A stretch of 64,000 nt of DNA. Origin: Nitrospinia bacterium. GTDB taxonomy: Bacteria; Nitrospinota; Nitrospinia; Nitrospinales; JAJDAT01. Of the stretch, positions 8,386-18,402 are shown piece after piece (the first letter of the stretch is position 1; every line of letters starts with the position of its first letter). The position numbers and the translations under genes are program-made. The stretch covers positions 351 to 64,350 of the forward strand of contig JAJDAT010000035.1 in assembly GCA_029261715.1 (NCBI GenBank), in the 5' to 3' direction. The notes beneath the pieces were generated by a model. That model had not been told where the DNA came from. It did no database searches and was given only the letters and a program-made list of their open reading frames with translations.

Positions 8386-9390
8386 TTAATTACCTTTGTT
8401 AGATGCTCCCTTAATTAGCTTTGTTGGGTTTTCTTTAAAAAAATTTCTAATTCCATTAGCGATAACGCGGTTCCCAAGAACGTTTGGGTGAGAATCTTCT
8501 CTAGAAACCCAAACCAACTCCTCTCTTTCTACTTCTTTTTTAAAAGTTGGCAATAGATCGATAGTATCTATATTAGATTTTTTTAGGAAACCCAGTATCT
8601 TTTGATGAACGTCTGAAAATGGATAAGTTTTTTTAAAAAAACGTAACTCTGGGCACACCGCTACAATAAAAGGGTTTTTTTGGCTTTTTGCTAGGTCCTT
8701 TATTTTGAGCAAAGAGTTTTTTGAGTTCTCCCAACTTTGGCTTCCGTCTTTATATAAATCTGAGTAATAATTTAGAAATCCCTTTTTCTTATTAAACCGT
8801 GCCCAAATCTTATTGAGTTGGGACCACATGAAGACGGCGAAAATGGATTTCTCCATTAAAACTGAATCTTTGTACTTTGGCGTTGGTTCGGCGTCGTTAA
8901 TGAAATAAAGAAGCATGACCAAATCGGATTTATATTTAATACCCTCATTCTTGTAATATGTATATTCTTGCTCTGAGTTGTAGTTGCCAACTCCCGTATT
9001 AATGACCTCTGTTTGAATCCCATCCATCTCCGCGAAGTCTTTTTCTAAGAGTTTTGAGAAAATAGACTCAAATGGGACTCCCCATCCCAATGTTAAAGAA
9101 TCTCCCAAAAATAACACTCTTCTAATTCCAGGGGTTCTTGGGTAGTCAATTTCTCGATCTCTAAGCCCTTTGGAGTTAATGGCAATATTAGCTCCATAAA
9201 GATCTGCGCTTTTTCCTGGAACATGTTCATGCGACATCCGAGGATCAGAAGCCCTTTGCTTAAGCTTTGTCCAATATCGCCACATGGCAACATCGTAATA
9301 AGGTTGTATTTTTACGAAACCATAGGTCCCGACTTCTAATAAAAGAAAAGTGACGATGAGGTATATAACGACGAATAATATTTTTTTCAC
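8386..9390 (-). CDS. SGNH/GDSL hydrolase family protein, N-terminal membrane anchor
   Basis: Block I is RVLFLGDSLTLGWG, followed by INTGVGNYN (block III-like). A C-terminal ...DSHPN carries the catalytic Asp/His (DxxH-type). Confidence 0.85.
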   Translation of the reverse strand: MKKILFVVIYLIVTFLLLEVGTYGFVKIQPYYDVAMWRYWTKLKQRASDPRMSHEHVPGKSADLYGANIAINSKGLRDREIDYPRTPGIRRVLFLGDSLTLGWGVPFESIFSKLLEKDFAEMDGIQTEVINTGVGNYNSEQEYTYYKNEGIKYKSDLVMLLYFINDAEPTPKYKDSVLMEKSIFAVFMWSQLNKIWARFNKKKGFLNYYSDLYKDGSQSWENSKNSLLKIKDLAKSQKNPFIVAVCPELRFFKKTYPFSDVHQKILGFLKKSNIDTIDLLPTFKKEVEREELVWVSREDSHPNVLGNRVIANGIRNFFKENPTKLIKGASNKGN

Positions 9391-9675
9391 GGATTTTTAT
9401 GGCAAAGATTGAAAAGTCAGGGATAAAAACGGTCTTATTATATCTTAAACCTTTGAAACTAAAAGCAGTTTTGATTGGAATTTTAATAAAGAAATAAACT
9501 CAAGGTTTTTAGAGCAATGTTAATTTAAGAAAGTTTTCCTAAATGAATATAGAAAGCTGTTGAATGGATTTTGTATGAAAAGCTCATAGCCTTTGAAATT
9601 CGCCTAATAACTTGTCGCAGAGACCCTATTTAGACCTAATTCTCTATCCACCTCTTGCCTCTGTGAATTCTTTGA

Positions 9676-9704
9676 TTGACACGCTACAGGGGGGTATTTA
9701 TAAT
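9676..9704 (+). promoter_or_regulatory. Consensus sigma-70 promoter of the nuo operon
   Basis: TTGACA (9676-9681), exactly 17 nt, then TATAAT (9699-9704). It lies about 95 nt upstream of the nuoA ATG. Confidence 0.7.
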
Positions 9705-9797
9705 CGCCCTTTCATGCATTATTGTTTAAGCATTTTTTAGGCTGTGATAGAATTAGCAAGCCGTTATTTCATAAATAAATAGGGGGATTTGCGAAAC

Positions 9798-10151
9798 ATG
9801 ACCGAGTATGTTTTCGTGGCGGTTTTTTGTATAGTCGCCATCACGATAGTTTGCGCGATTTTGCTCTTGTCTACTATTCTTGGTCCTAAAAAACCGAATG
9901 AAGCCAAGGTTTTGCCCTATGAATGTGGAATGGTTCCTTCCGAGGAAGCTAAGGGGCGATATCCCGTTCGGTTTGCTACCATAGCAATGCTTTTCATTAT
10001 ATTTGATATTGAAGTTGTGTTTATGTATCCCTGGGCAGTGGCTTTAGGAGAACTGAAATTGTTCGGTTTTTTTGAAATGCTACTCTTTATGTTTATTTTA
10101 GGAATCGCTTACGTCTACGTATGGGGACGGGGAGGTTTAGAATGGGATTAA
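9798..10151 (+). CDS. nuoA: NADH-quinone oxidoreductase subunit A
   Basis: ATG 9798 follows AGGGGGA (9781-9787). Small 3-TM protein with a PYECG motif; first gene of the nuo run. Confidence 0.9.
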   Translation: MTEYVFVAVFCIVAITIVCAILLLSTILGPKKPNEAKVLPYECGMVPSEEAKGRYPVRFATIAMLFIIFDIEVVFMYPWAVALGELKLFGFFEMLLFMFILGIAYVYVWGRGGLEWD

Positions 10152-10726
10152 TCGATCAAGCGGTCGACGCATTAGAAACAGAAATTGGTAATTTAAAGTT
10201 AAATGCACAAGATGCTGCACAACAATTAGATGCAGATCTTTCTGGCGCTGTTTACGACACTATTCTGACTACTAAGTTGGGGAAAGTCATTGGTTGGGCG
10301 CAGAAAAATGCATTGTGGCCCGCGACTTTTGGGTTAGCCTGTTGCGCTATTGAAATGATGGCGATGGCAAATTCTCGTTGGGATTCGGCAAGGTTTGGAG
10401 CTGAGGTTTTTAGAGCGTCTCCAAGGCAAGCTGATTTGATGATTGTTTCCGGCAGAGTTTCACAAAAAATGGCCCCTGTATTAACAAGGATTTATGACCA
10501 AATGCCTGAACCCAAATGGGTGATTGCAATGGGCGCTTGTTCTTCTTGTGGGGGGATTTTCAATAATTACGCGATCGTTCAGGGAGTGGATCGTTGGGTG
10601 CCTGTTGACGTTTATGTTCCAGGTTGTCCTCCAGGTCCTGAAGCTTTGATTTATGGTGTTATCAAACTTCAAGAAAAAATTCTCAACGATGCGGGTAGTG
10701 ATAAGGCAAGAATGCGAGCGGCATGA
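10142..10726 (+). CDS. nuoB: NADH-quinone oxidoreductase subunit B
   Basis: [15 protein letters not shown] and PGCPP cluster-N2 motifs. ATG 10142 follows GGAGG and overlaps the nuoA stop. Confidence 0.95.
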   Translation: MGLIDQAVDALETEIGNLKLNAQDAAQQLDADLSGAVYDTILTTKLGKVIGWAQKNALWPATFGLACCAIEMMAMANSRWDSARFGAEVFRASPRQADLMIVSGRVSQKMAPVLTRIYDQMPEPKWVIAMGACSSCGGIFNNYAIVQGVDRWVPVDVYVPGCPPGPEALIYGVIKLQEKILNDAGSDKARMRAA

Positions 10727-11271
10727 ACAGCGAAGAAATTATAGAAAAACTTAAATCCGCTAAAGGGGATAAGCTTAAAGATACCGAAGTAACCTTTGGC
10801 GACGCGATCGTTCATTTGGAACCTGGCTCTCTTCGTGAAGTGGCTGAGTTTTTAAAAAGCGATCCTGATTTGAATTTCGATTATTTATCTTGTATTTCCG
10901 GCGTTGATTATCTGGATTTGGAGAGGGAGCCTCGATTTGAATGTGTTTACGAGTTTCACTCTATGGATAAAAATCATTCTATTCGACTGAGAGTTGGCGT
11001 TCCCGAAGAAGAACCAACAGTTCCTACCGTTAAAGATCTTTGGCCGGCGGCCATTTACCCGGAAAGAGAAATTTACGACATGTTTGGTTTGACTATTGAG
11101 GGGCACGACGAACAAAAGCGTTTGTTGATGCCTGAAGAGTGGGAAGGCCATCCTTTGCGCAGAGATTATGATTTAACGAGAGAAAAAGTAGCGTTTTCTC
11201 ACAATATAGATTTTAAAGAAGAGCTGGTTAAGGAAAAAGTTCCTACCCGGTATAAACCGAATCAAGTTTAA
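10723..11271 (+). CDS. nuoC: NADH-quinone oxidoreductase subunit C
   Basis: EREIYDMFG motif of the 30-kDa subunit; 4-nt overlap with nuoB. Confidence 0.9.
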   Translation: MNSEEIIEKLKSAKGDKLKDTEVTFGDAIVHLEPGSLREVAEFLKSDPDLNFDYLSCISGVDYLDLEREPRFECVYEFHSMDKNHSIRLRVGVPEEEPTVPTVKDLWPAAIYPEREIYDMFGLTIEGHDEQKRLLMPEEWEGHPLRRDYDLTREKVAFSHNIDFKEELVKEKVPTRYKPNQV

Positions 11272-11280
11272 GAGAATAGT

Positions 11281-12480
11281 ATGAGTGTAGCTGAAGAGGG
11301 CCTCCTCGAACGAAATAAAGATACCATGACCCTGAACATGGGGCCGCAACATCCCAGTACCCATGGAGTTTTTCGCGTGGTGTTGGAGATGGATGGAGAG
11401 ATGGTGACATCATCCGATCCTGATATTGGTTATCTGCATACGGGTATCGAAAAAACGGGTGAAAGCAAGTTATACGCTCATTGCATTCCCATGACAGATC
11501 GCTTGGATTACTTAAATCCACCGGGCAATAATTTAGCTTTCTGCCTTTCAGTAGAAAAGTTACTACAAACCGAAATTCCTCCAAGAGCGGATTACTTGCG
11601 CGTGATCATGTGCGAATTGACCCGAGTGGCGAGTCATTTACTTTGGTTAGGGACACATGCTCTCGATATCGGCGCGATGACTGTATTTCTTTACTGTTGG
11701 CGCGAAAGGGAATTGATTCTCGATTTAAATGAGATGATTTCTGGCGTAAGGATGATGACCAGTTTCATTCGCGTTGGCGGTGTAATGAAAGACGCCACTC
11801 CAGAATGGATTGCTGGAGTTAAGCATGTAATCGATATTTTGCCCGAAAAAGTTGACGAGTATGAATCCTTGTTGACCAGAAATCCAATTTGGATGGATCG
11901 AACTGTTGGCGCCGGTGCCATGACCAAAGAAGAAGCTATTCGATGGAGTATGAGCGGCCCATGTTTAAGAGCTTCTGGAGTGGATTTCGATTTCCGTAAA
12001 AAACGCCCTTATAGCAGATATCAAGATTTTAAATTTGATGTTCCCGTATTTACAAACGGCGATGTATATGACCGTTATCGAATTCGAGTAGAAGAAATAA
12101 GGCAGAGCCGAGAAATTCTTAAGCAAGCAATTGAAAAATTGCCGGATGGGCCTTACAAGGTTGATGACAACAAGATTTCATTGCCTGACCGAGATAAATT
12201 GAAAACGAGTATGGAGGCTCTGATTCATCATTTTAAATTGGTATCGGAAGGCGTAAAGGTTCCAGCAGGCGAAACTTATGTGCCTACAGAGGGGCCGCGA
12301 GGCGAAGTGGGATTTTATATCGTCAGTGATGGTTCAAGCATACCGTATCGAATGAAATTGCGGGCCCCATCTTTTATGGCGATTCCGGGAATGTGCGCCA
12401 TGATGAAAGGTTCTTATATTGCCGATGTTGTTGCCATCATTGGTAGTGTTGATATTGTGATGGGGGAGGTTGATCGTTGA
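11281..12480 (+). CDS. nuoD: NADH-quinone oxidoreductase subunit D
   Basis: N-terminal GPQHPSTHGVFR motif of the 49-kDa subunit. Confidence 0.95.
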   Translation: MSVAEEGLLERNKDTMTLNMGPQHPSTHGVFRVVLEMDGEMVTSSDPDIGYLHTGIEKTGESKLYAHCIPMTDRLDYLNPPGNNLAFCLSVEKLLQTEIPPRADYLRVIMCELTRVASHLLWLGTHALDIGAMTVFLYCWRERELILDLNEMISGVRMMTSFIRVGGVMKDATPEWIAGVKHVIDILPEKVDEYESLLTRNPIWMDRTVGAGAMTKEEAIRWSMSGPCLRASGVDFDFRKKRPYSRYQDFKFDVPVFTNGDVYDRYRIRVEEIRQSREILKQAIEKLPDGPYKVDDNKISLPDRDKLKTSMEALIHHFKLVSEGVKVPAGETYVPTEGPRGEVGFYIVSDGSSIPYRMKLRAPSFMAIPGMCAMMKGSYIADVVAIIGSVDIVMGEVDR

Positions 12481-12956
12481 TGTTTGCGTTTACGAAAGAG
12501 TCCGAGGAAAAGATTGAAACGATATTGGCAAAATATCCTGAAGAAAGAAAAATGTCAGCTCTATTGCCTTTTTTGACTTTGACTCAACGTCAAGAAGGTT
12601 GGGTTTCGCCAGAGGCAATGGTAGAAATTGGCAAACGCTTAGACGTATCTCCGGCCTATGTTCAATCAGTTTGTTCTTTTTATACGATGTATTTCCAGTA
12701 TCCAGCGGGAAAATACATCATTCGGTTTTGCCATAATATTAGTTGTTATCTGAATGGTAGCGATTCTTTATTGGATTACTTGTCCAAAAAGTTAAACGTT
12801 GAAGTTGGCGGCACCACTGATGATAAGAAATTTAGTTTAATAAAAGAAGAATGTTTGGCCGAATGTAGCGCCGCTCCTGTGATGCGGGTCAACGACGACT
12901 ATCATGTCAATCTCACTAAAGAGTCGATAGATAAAATAATCGATTCCTTAAAATAA
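12477..12956 (+). CDS. nuoE: NADH-quinone oxidoreductase subunit E
   Basis: 24-kDa subunit with 2Fe-2S cysteines (CHNISC ... CLAECSAAP). Confidence 0.9.
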   Translation: MMFAFTKESEEKIETILAKYPEERKMSALLPFLTLTQRQEGWVSPEAMVEIGKRLDVSPAYVQSVCSFYTMYFQYPAGKYIIRFCHNISCYLNGSDSLLDYLSKKLNVEVGGTTDDKKFSLIKEECLAECSAAPVMRVNDDYHVNLTKESIDKIIDSLK

Positions 12957-12965
12957 AATACGCTT

Positions 12966-14219
12966 ATGACTCAGATTCTTTTAAAAAACTTCGAAGTGGA
13001 AGGGTTAACCACCCTTAAGGTCTATGAAAAGTTAGGCGGTTACAAGTCTTTGAAAAAAGCGTTTTCCATGAAGCCTGAGGAAGTTTTAAATGAAGTTAAA
13101 AACTCTGGGCTTAGAGGTCGAGGTGGAGCTGGCTTTCCGACTGGACTTAAATGGAGCTTTTTAGCGAAAGATTCTTTTCCTCGATATTTCGCATGTAATG
13201 CTGACGAAAGCGAACCTGGAACTTGTAAGGATAGGATTCTTTTGGAAAAAAATCCTCATCTTCTTATCGAAGGACTGATCGTCTCCTCTTATGCTTGCTT
13301 AATTGAAACGGGGTACATCTATTTTCGAGGTGAGTTTCAAGATGTTGCAGATCTTATGGATGAAGCGATAGCCGAAGCTTACAAAAAAGGATATTTAGGA
13401 AAGAATATTTTAGGGTCTGGATTTAATTTCGATTTGTACACGCATTTAGGAGCGGGAGCTTATATATGTGGAGAAGAATCAGCTTTGTTAAACTCCCTAA
13501 CTGGCATGAGAGGCGAACCACGCAGTAAACCGCCCTTTCCTGCAGTGCAAGGTTTGTATGATAAGCCAACGGTTATTAATAATGTAGAAACCGTTTGCGT
13601 AGTTCCTTGGATTGTTAATGAAGGTTCTGAGGCTTACAAAAAACTAGGCACTGAAAAGAGTACGGGTACAAAATTGGTTAGCGTGTCCGGTCATGTTAAT
13701 AAGCCGGCAAATGTTGAAATCGAAATGGGCACTCCTGTCAGCAAGATTATTGAAATGTGTGGTGGAATGCGTAATGGAAATAAATTAAAGGCTTTTATCC
13801 CAGGCGGTTCCTCGGTTCCTATGTTAGGTATTGAGCATATCGATGTTGCCTACGATTATGAGTCTTTAAAAGAAGCGGGTTCGATGTTGGGGTCCGGGGC
13901 TTTAATTGTTATGGATGAGACTACTAATATTGTAGAAGCTACCATGCGATTAGCTTATTTTTATATGCATGAATCTTGCGGGAAATGTACCCCGTGCCGC
14001 GAGGGCACCCGTTGGCTTTACCAGATGTTAGGTGAAGTGCTTAATCGAAGAGGAAGTCCTGAAACTATAAAAACTTTACAAGACGCTTGTGACAACATGG
14101 CCATGAAAACTTTTTGCCCGTTGGCGGATGCAGCAGTAGCGCCGGTTGTTAGTAGTATTGATTTGTTCCCTGAAGATTACAAATCCTTTTTCGCGGAAGC
14201 TGCCGCTACCGCTGGTTAA
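12966..14219 (+). CDS. nuoF: NADH-quinone oxidoreductase subunit F
   Basis: GRGGAGFPTGLKW (FMN/NADH site) and ESCGKCTPCREG (4Fe-4S). Confidence 0.95.
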   Translation: MTQILLKNFEVEGLTTLKVYEKLGGYKSLKKAFSMKPEEVLNEVKNSGLRGRGGAGFPTGLKWSFLAKDSFPRYFACNADESEPGTCKDRILLEKNPHLLIEGLIVSSYACLIETGYIYFRGEFQDVADLMDEAIAEAYKKGYLGKNILGSGFNFDLYTHLGAGAYICGEESALLNSLTGMRGEPRSKPPFPAVQGLYDKPTVINNVETVCVVPWIVNEGSEAYKKLGTEKSTGTKLVSVSGHVNKPANVEIEMGTPVSKIIEMCGGMRNGNKLKAFIPGGSSVPMLGIEHIDVAYDYESLKEAGSMLGSGALIVMDETTNIVEATMRLAYFYMHESCGKCTPCREGTRWLYQMLGEVLNRRGSPETIKTLQDACDNMAMKTFCPLADAAVAPVVSSIDLFPEDYKSFFAEAAATAG

Positions 14220-14225
14220 AATAAA

Positions 14226-16700
14226 ATGGAAAAAGAAACCGTTACATTAACGATAGACGGAAAGACCGCAACGGTTCCTAAAGGAACCAATGTTGTCGAC
14301 GCGGCTAAATCTGTAGGCATTGAAATACCTATATTTTGTTATCACGAAAAAATGCTCCGGTTAGGTTGTTGTCGGATGTGTTTAGTGGAAGTCGAAAAAA
14401 TGCCTAAATTGATGACGGCTTGTACTATCGACGCCACTGAGGGAATGGTGGTTAAAAACGACACTCCAAAAGTTGTAAAGGGAAGGCAAGGCGTTTTAGA
14501 GTTTACATTGCTCAACCATCCCCTCGATTGCCCTGTCTGCGATAAAGGCGGCGAATGTCCTTTGCAGGACAATACGTTTAATTATGGCGCAGGTGATACC
14601 AGGATGGAGTTTAAGCGGTTCAATAATGTTAAGAAAAAAGAGTTGAGCCCTGTAATTACTTTAGATCGCGAACGTTGCATTGCCTGTCAGCGTTGTACAA
14701 CATACAGCGAAGTGATTGAAGGCGATCAAGCCCTTGTAATGCACAATAGAGGTTTTCATAACGACATTGGGACTTTTAATGATCAACCTTACGATACTCG
14801 CTTTTCTGGTAATGTCGTTGATATCTGTCCTGTAGGCGCATTAACTAATTCTATTTTTAGATTCCAGGCTAGAACTTGGGATTTAGATAACGCCAAAACC
14901 CTCTGCGCGCATTGCGGTTGTAATTGCAATATTGAATTTGGGGCTAGAGAAAATGAATTAATGCGGGTTGTTAGTAGGCAGAACGATGCGGTAGACGATG
15001 GCTGGATTTGCGATAAAGGTCGGTTTGGTTATGAGTTTGTCTCTAGTAAAAACAGAATTTTAGAGCCTGGTATTCGTAAGGATGGCGAAATGAACGTGGC
15101 TTCTTTAGATGAAGCTTGCGATGAAACAGTTTCTAAACTCAAAACCATTATTGAAGAACATGGGCCAAAAAGTGTCGGCTTTATAGGGTCGCCTTTTGCT
15201 TCCAATGAAGAGTTGTATTTATATCAAAAATTGATGCGACTGGGAGTTGGAACAAATAATATCGACCATAAATCTTATGACGATACGCCTGGTTTGCCAG
15301 TAGCGCATTATGATTTTACCGATATTGAATCTTCCGATTTAACGGTTTTGATAGCAAGCGATCCTACGGAAGAACTTCCAATATTAGACCTAAGAATTAA
15401 AAAAGCTGTTACGCGTTTAAATAGAAACTTGATCGTCTTAAATGATCAAAAAACTTTGATGGATAAATACGCGTCGCTTTCTCTGCGATATAACGTAGGC
15501 TCCGATGGAGTGGCTTTAGCCGGTTTAGCGGGAGCTATAGCTGATAGTTTGAAACAAGGCGAAGCGCCTAAAGTCGAAAAGTTAGAAAAAACGACGGGTA
15601 TCAAGCCGAATTCGTTCAAAGATTTTGCCGAAAAAATGATAGCGGCTAAAAAAGTTTGCGTGATATATAACCCCGCTGCATTGACTGGGAACTCGGTCGC
15701 AATTGTAAAAAATCTTTTAAGCGTATTAAATCAAAAGCCTGAAGGGGAATGCGGAGCGATTCCAGCGGCTCCTGCAACGAATGCTTTAGGCGCAATGGAT
15801 ATGGGAATTCTTCCAGATTTTTACCCTGGTGGAGTTTCGTTGAGTGACGATTCTAAAATAAAAGAAGTTTGGGGAGAATCGGCTCCTACTGAAAAAGGAT
15901 TCACAACTTGTGAAATGTTTGAAAAAGCCGCTTCCGGAGACCTTAAAGCCCTAGTGGTTTTTCGCTCAAATCCTATTGTAGATTTTCCTGGCGGAGATAA
16001 AATTGAGGAAGCCTTAAAGAAAGTAGAATTTTTGGTCGCTCACGATATGCTCCATACGGAGACCACCGCTTTAGCGCATGTAGTAATTCCTTCGGTTGGT
16101 CCAGGTTTCGACGAAGGAACCACGACAAACATTGGCGGACGAGTTCAATATAGAAGGAAAGGTTTGAAAGCTGAATCATTCCCAGATTGGCGCGTCTTGG
16201 CGAAATTACTTTCTGGTTTTGAGATTGAAGCTAAATATTTGGATTCTTTTACTGTTACCGCCGAATTGGCCAAAAAAGTTTCTGGCTATGAAGAAATTCG
16301 AAGAGGATCGATTCAAAAAGAAGGCAAGACTCGACCGGCCCAAGCTTCGGTAAATGGCAAAACTCCTGAAGTTACTTCTCCAGACTCTATCGATGGTTTT
16401 AAATTGAGAGTTTCAGAGAAACTCTTCGCTAAAGATAAGATCTTGGAATCTGAGTCTGCGTTGGCTCATCACTTCAGCGAACCTAAAGCGATATTGAATT
16501 CCGTAGACGCCAAAAAATTAGGAATAAAATCTGGAGACCGGGTAAAAGTTTCCTCGGGTAACCGTGGCCTTTCCGTGGAAGCGGAAGTAGAGGATAGCTG
16601 TAACCCAGGAGCGGTTGTTGTTTCCAATGCGGGTGACGAGTATAGAGTTTTAGCGTTAATACAAGATCATAATGCTACGGTACAAGTTTCAAAAGAATAG
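14226..16700 (+). CDS. nuoG: NADH-quinone oxidoreductase subunit G
   Basis: CRMCLVEV and HPLDCPVCDKGGECPLQ Fe-S motifs, plus a molybdopterin-oxidoreductase-like body. Confidence 0.95.
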   Translation: MEKETVTLTIDGKTATVPKGTNVVDAAKSVGIEIPIFCYHEKMLRLGCCRMCLVEVEKMPKLMTACTIDATEGMVVKNDTPKVVKGRQGVLEFTLLNHPLDCPVCDKGGECPLQDNTFNYGAGDTRMEFKRFNNVKKKELSPVITLDRERCIACQRCTTYSEVIEGDQALVMHNRGFHNDIGTFNDQPYDTRFSGNVVDICPVGALTNSIFRFQARTWDLDNAKTLCAHCGCNCNIEFGARENELMRVVSRQNDAVDDGWICDKGRFGYEFVSSKNRILEPGIRKDGEMNVASLDEACDETVSKLKTIIEEHGPKSVGFIGSPFASNEELYLYQKLMRLGVGTNNIDHKSYDDTPGLPVAHYDFTDIESSDLTVLIASDPTEELPILDLRIKKAVTRLNRNLIVLNDQKTLMDKYASLSLRYNVGSDGVALAGLAGAIADSLKQGEAPKVEKLEKTTGIKPNSFKDFAEKMIAAKKVCVIYNPAALTGNSVAIVKNLLSVLNQKPEGECGAIPAAPATNALGAMDMGILPDFYPGGVSLSDDSKIKEVWGESAPTEKGFTTCEMFEKAASGDLKALVVFRSNPIVDFPGGDKIEEALKKVEFLVAHDMLHTETTALAHVVIPSVGPGFDEGTTTNIGGRVQYRRKGLKAESFPDWRVLAKLLSGFEIEAKYLDSFTVTAELAKKVSGYEEIRRGSIQKEGKTRPAQASVNGKTPEVTSPDSIDGFKLRVSEKLFAKDKILESESALAHHFSEPKAILNSVDAKKLGIKSGDRVKVSSGNRGLSVEAEVEDSCNPGAVVVSNAGDEYRVLALIQDHNATVQVSKE

Positions 16701-16739
16701 AAAAAAGATTTAGAGCAAGAATTTTATTAGGAGAACGGT

Positions 16740-17753
16740 TTGATCGATTGGGTTTTTGATTTTATTTCAGATAATGCCGGCATTATTATCGGATGTATTA
16801 AAGCCGTAGTAGTGGCGATTGTTCTTCTGCAATGCGTTCCTTTTTTGGTTTGGCTTGAAAGGCGACTAATGGGTCGCTTTCAAGTGAGATTAGGACCAAA
16901 CAGAGTAGGTCCGTTCGGATTGATTCAACCGATAGCTGATTCTATTAAGCTTCTATTCAAAGAATCAATCATTACAAATTCCGCTGATAAGTTTCTATTC
17001 CATTTAGCTCCAGCTATTGTGGTTTTCACGGCAATTGTTTCCTTTTCGGCGATTCCATTTGGGGAGCCGGTAACTATTTTTGGCCAAACATTTGGATTGT
17101 GGGTTGCTAACTTAGACATTGGTTTGTTGTTTGTTTTCGCTGTTTCCTCGATGGGTATTTACGGAATGGTTTTAGGGGGACTCGCTTCTAATAACAAATA
17201 TTCCCTTATGGGAGGGTTACGCTCCGCAGCTCAAATGATTAGCTATGAGTTGACTTTAGGGCTTTCAGCGCTTGGCGTAATTGTGATGACCGGCTCTTTA
17301 AATTTGTCAGATATGGTCAAAGCTCAAGAAACAATTCCAAATATCATTATTCAACCGCTTGGATTTCTTTTATTTTTTATTGCCGGTGTTGCTGAAACTA
17401 ATCGAGCTCCTTTTGACCTACCCGAAGCTGAGCAGGAATTAGTTGCTGGATTTCATACTGAGTACTCTGGAATGAAGTTTGCCATGTTTTTCATGGGCGA
17501 ATACATCAACATGATTACCATGAGCGCGTTAGTGACGCTTTTGTTTTTAGGTGGCTGGAATTCTTATGGGTTGCCTTTATTTCCAATTCTAGCGTTTGCT
17601 GGCAAAGTATTCTTTTTACTTTGTGTTTTCATTTGGTTGCGCTCAACGTTTCCACGCATAAGATATGACCGACTAATGACCTTTGGCTGGAAAGTTTTGT
17701 TGCCATTGTCTTTATTAAATTTGCTGTTCTATGGGTTTATTAAGGCCCTGTGA
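16740..17753 (+). CDS. nuoH: NADH-quinone oxidoreductase subunit H
   Basis: Polytopic protein with the AETNRAPFDLPEAEQELV motif. TTG start after AGGAGA. Confidence 0.95.
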   Translation: MIDWVFDFISDNAGIIIGCIKAVVVAIVLLQCVPFLVWLERRLMGRFQVRLGPNRVGPFGLIQPIADSIKLLFKESIITNSADKFLFHLAPAIVVFTAIVSFSAIPFGEPVTIFGQTFGLWVANLDIGLLFVFAVSSMGIYGMVLGGLASNNKYSLMGGLRSAAQMISYELTLGLSALGVIVMTGSLNLSDMVKAQETIPNIIIQPLGFLLFFIAGVAETNRAPFDLPEAEQELVAGFHTEYSGMKFAMFFMGEYINMITMSALVTLLFLGGWNSYGLPLFPILAFAGKVFFLLCVFIWLRSTFPRIRYDRLMTFGWKVLLPLSLLNLLFYGFIKAL

Positions 17754-17769
17754 GCTAAGGAATAGTCCT

Positions 17770-18258
17770 ATGTTTGCTTCCGCTTTTGATGGAATAAAAA
17801 ACTTGCTGATTGGCTTGGGCGTGACTTTTAAGAACATGACCACGGAGCCTGAGACTTTCCAATACCCAGAAGTTAAAAGAGACATGCCTTCTCGATATAG
17901 AGGGCGACATTTTTTGAATCGTGATGAAAATGGTTTGGAAAAGTGCGTTGGATGCAGTCTATGTTCTATTAATTGTCCTGTTGGCTGTATCCACGTTGTG
18001 GCAGCGGAAAATACTGAAGAGAATCGTGTTTCTCCGGGTGAGCGCTATGCCGCAGTTTACGAAATAAATATATTGCGATGTATTTATTGCGGTTATTGCG
18101 AAGAAGCTTGTCCCGTCGACGCTGTAGTTTTAAGAGATCATTATGAGTTAGCGGATTACGATAGGGATACTTTTGTATTGCAGAAAGACGATCTACTTAA
18201 ATATCCAGAACCAAACCAATTTCGAGTTAATTACTTAGGCAATACGTCTAAAGTTTAA
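17770..18258 (+). CDS. nuoI: NADH-quinone oxidoreductase subunit I
   Basis: Two CxxCxxCxxxCP ferredoxin motifs. I prefer ATG 17770 after AAGGA to the listed upstream start, which overlaps nuoH. Confidence 0.9.
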   Translation: MFASAFDGIKNLLIGLGVTFKNMTTEPETFQYPEVKRDMPSRYRGRHFLNRDENGLEKCVGCSLCSINCPVGCIHVVAAENTEENRVSPGERYAAVYEINILRCIYCGYCEEACPVDAVVLRDHYELADYDRDTFVLQKDDLLKYPEPNQFRVNYLGNTSKV

Positions 18259-18302
18259 AAAAAATGAACTCCCTCTATGAGAGGTTTCTAAAATATTACT
18301 GT

Positions 18303-18333
18303 GGATCGCCTTTATAAATGCGATCCGCTTTTT
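18303..18333 (+). terminator. Intrinsic-terminator-like hairpin 1 inside the nuo operon
   Basis: GGATCGC (18303-18309) pairs with GCGATCC (18320-18326) around a 10-nt loop, followed by GCTTTTT. Confidence 0.45.
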
Positions 18334-18352
18334 CAATTAAAGTTTTATTAGG

Positions 18353-18385
18353 CCGAATCGCTAAAAAATTCGGTTCTGTTTTTTT
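18353..18385 (+). terminator. Intrinsic-terminator-like hairpin 2 inside the nuo operon
   Basis: CCGAAT (18353-18358) pairs with ATTCGG (18368-18373) around a 9-nt loop, followed by TTCTGTTTTTTT. Confidence 0.45.
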
Positions 18386-18402
18386 GCGTAATTGAGGACG
18401 AC

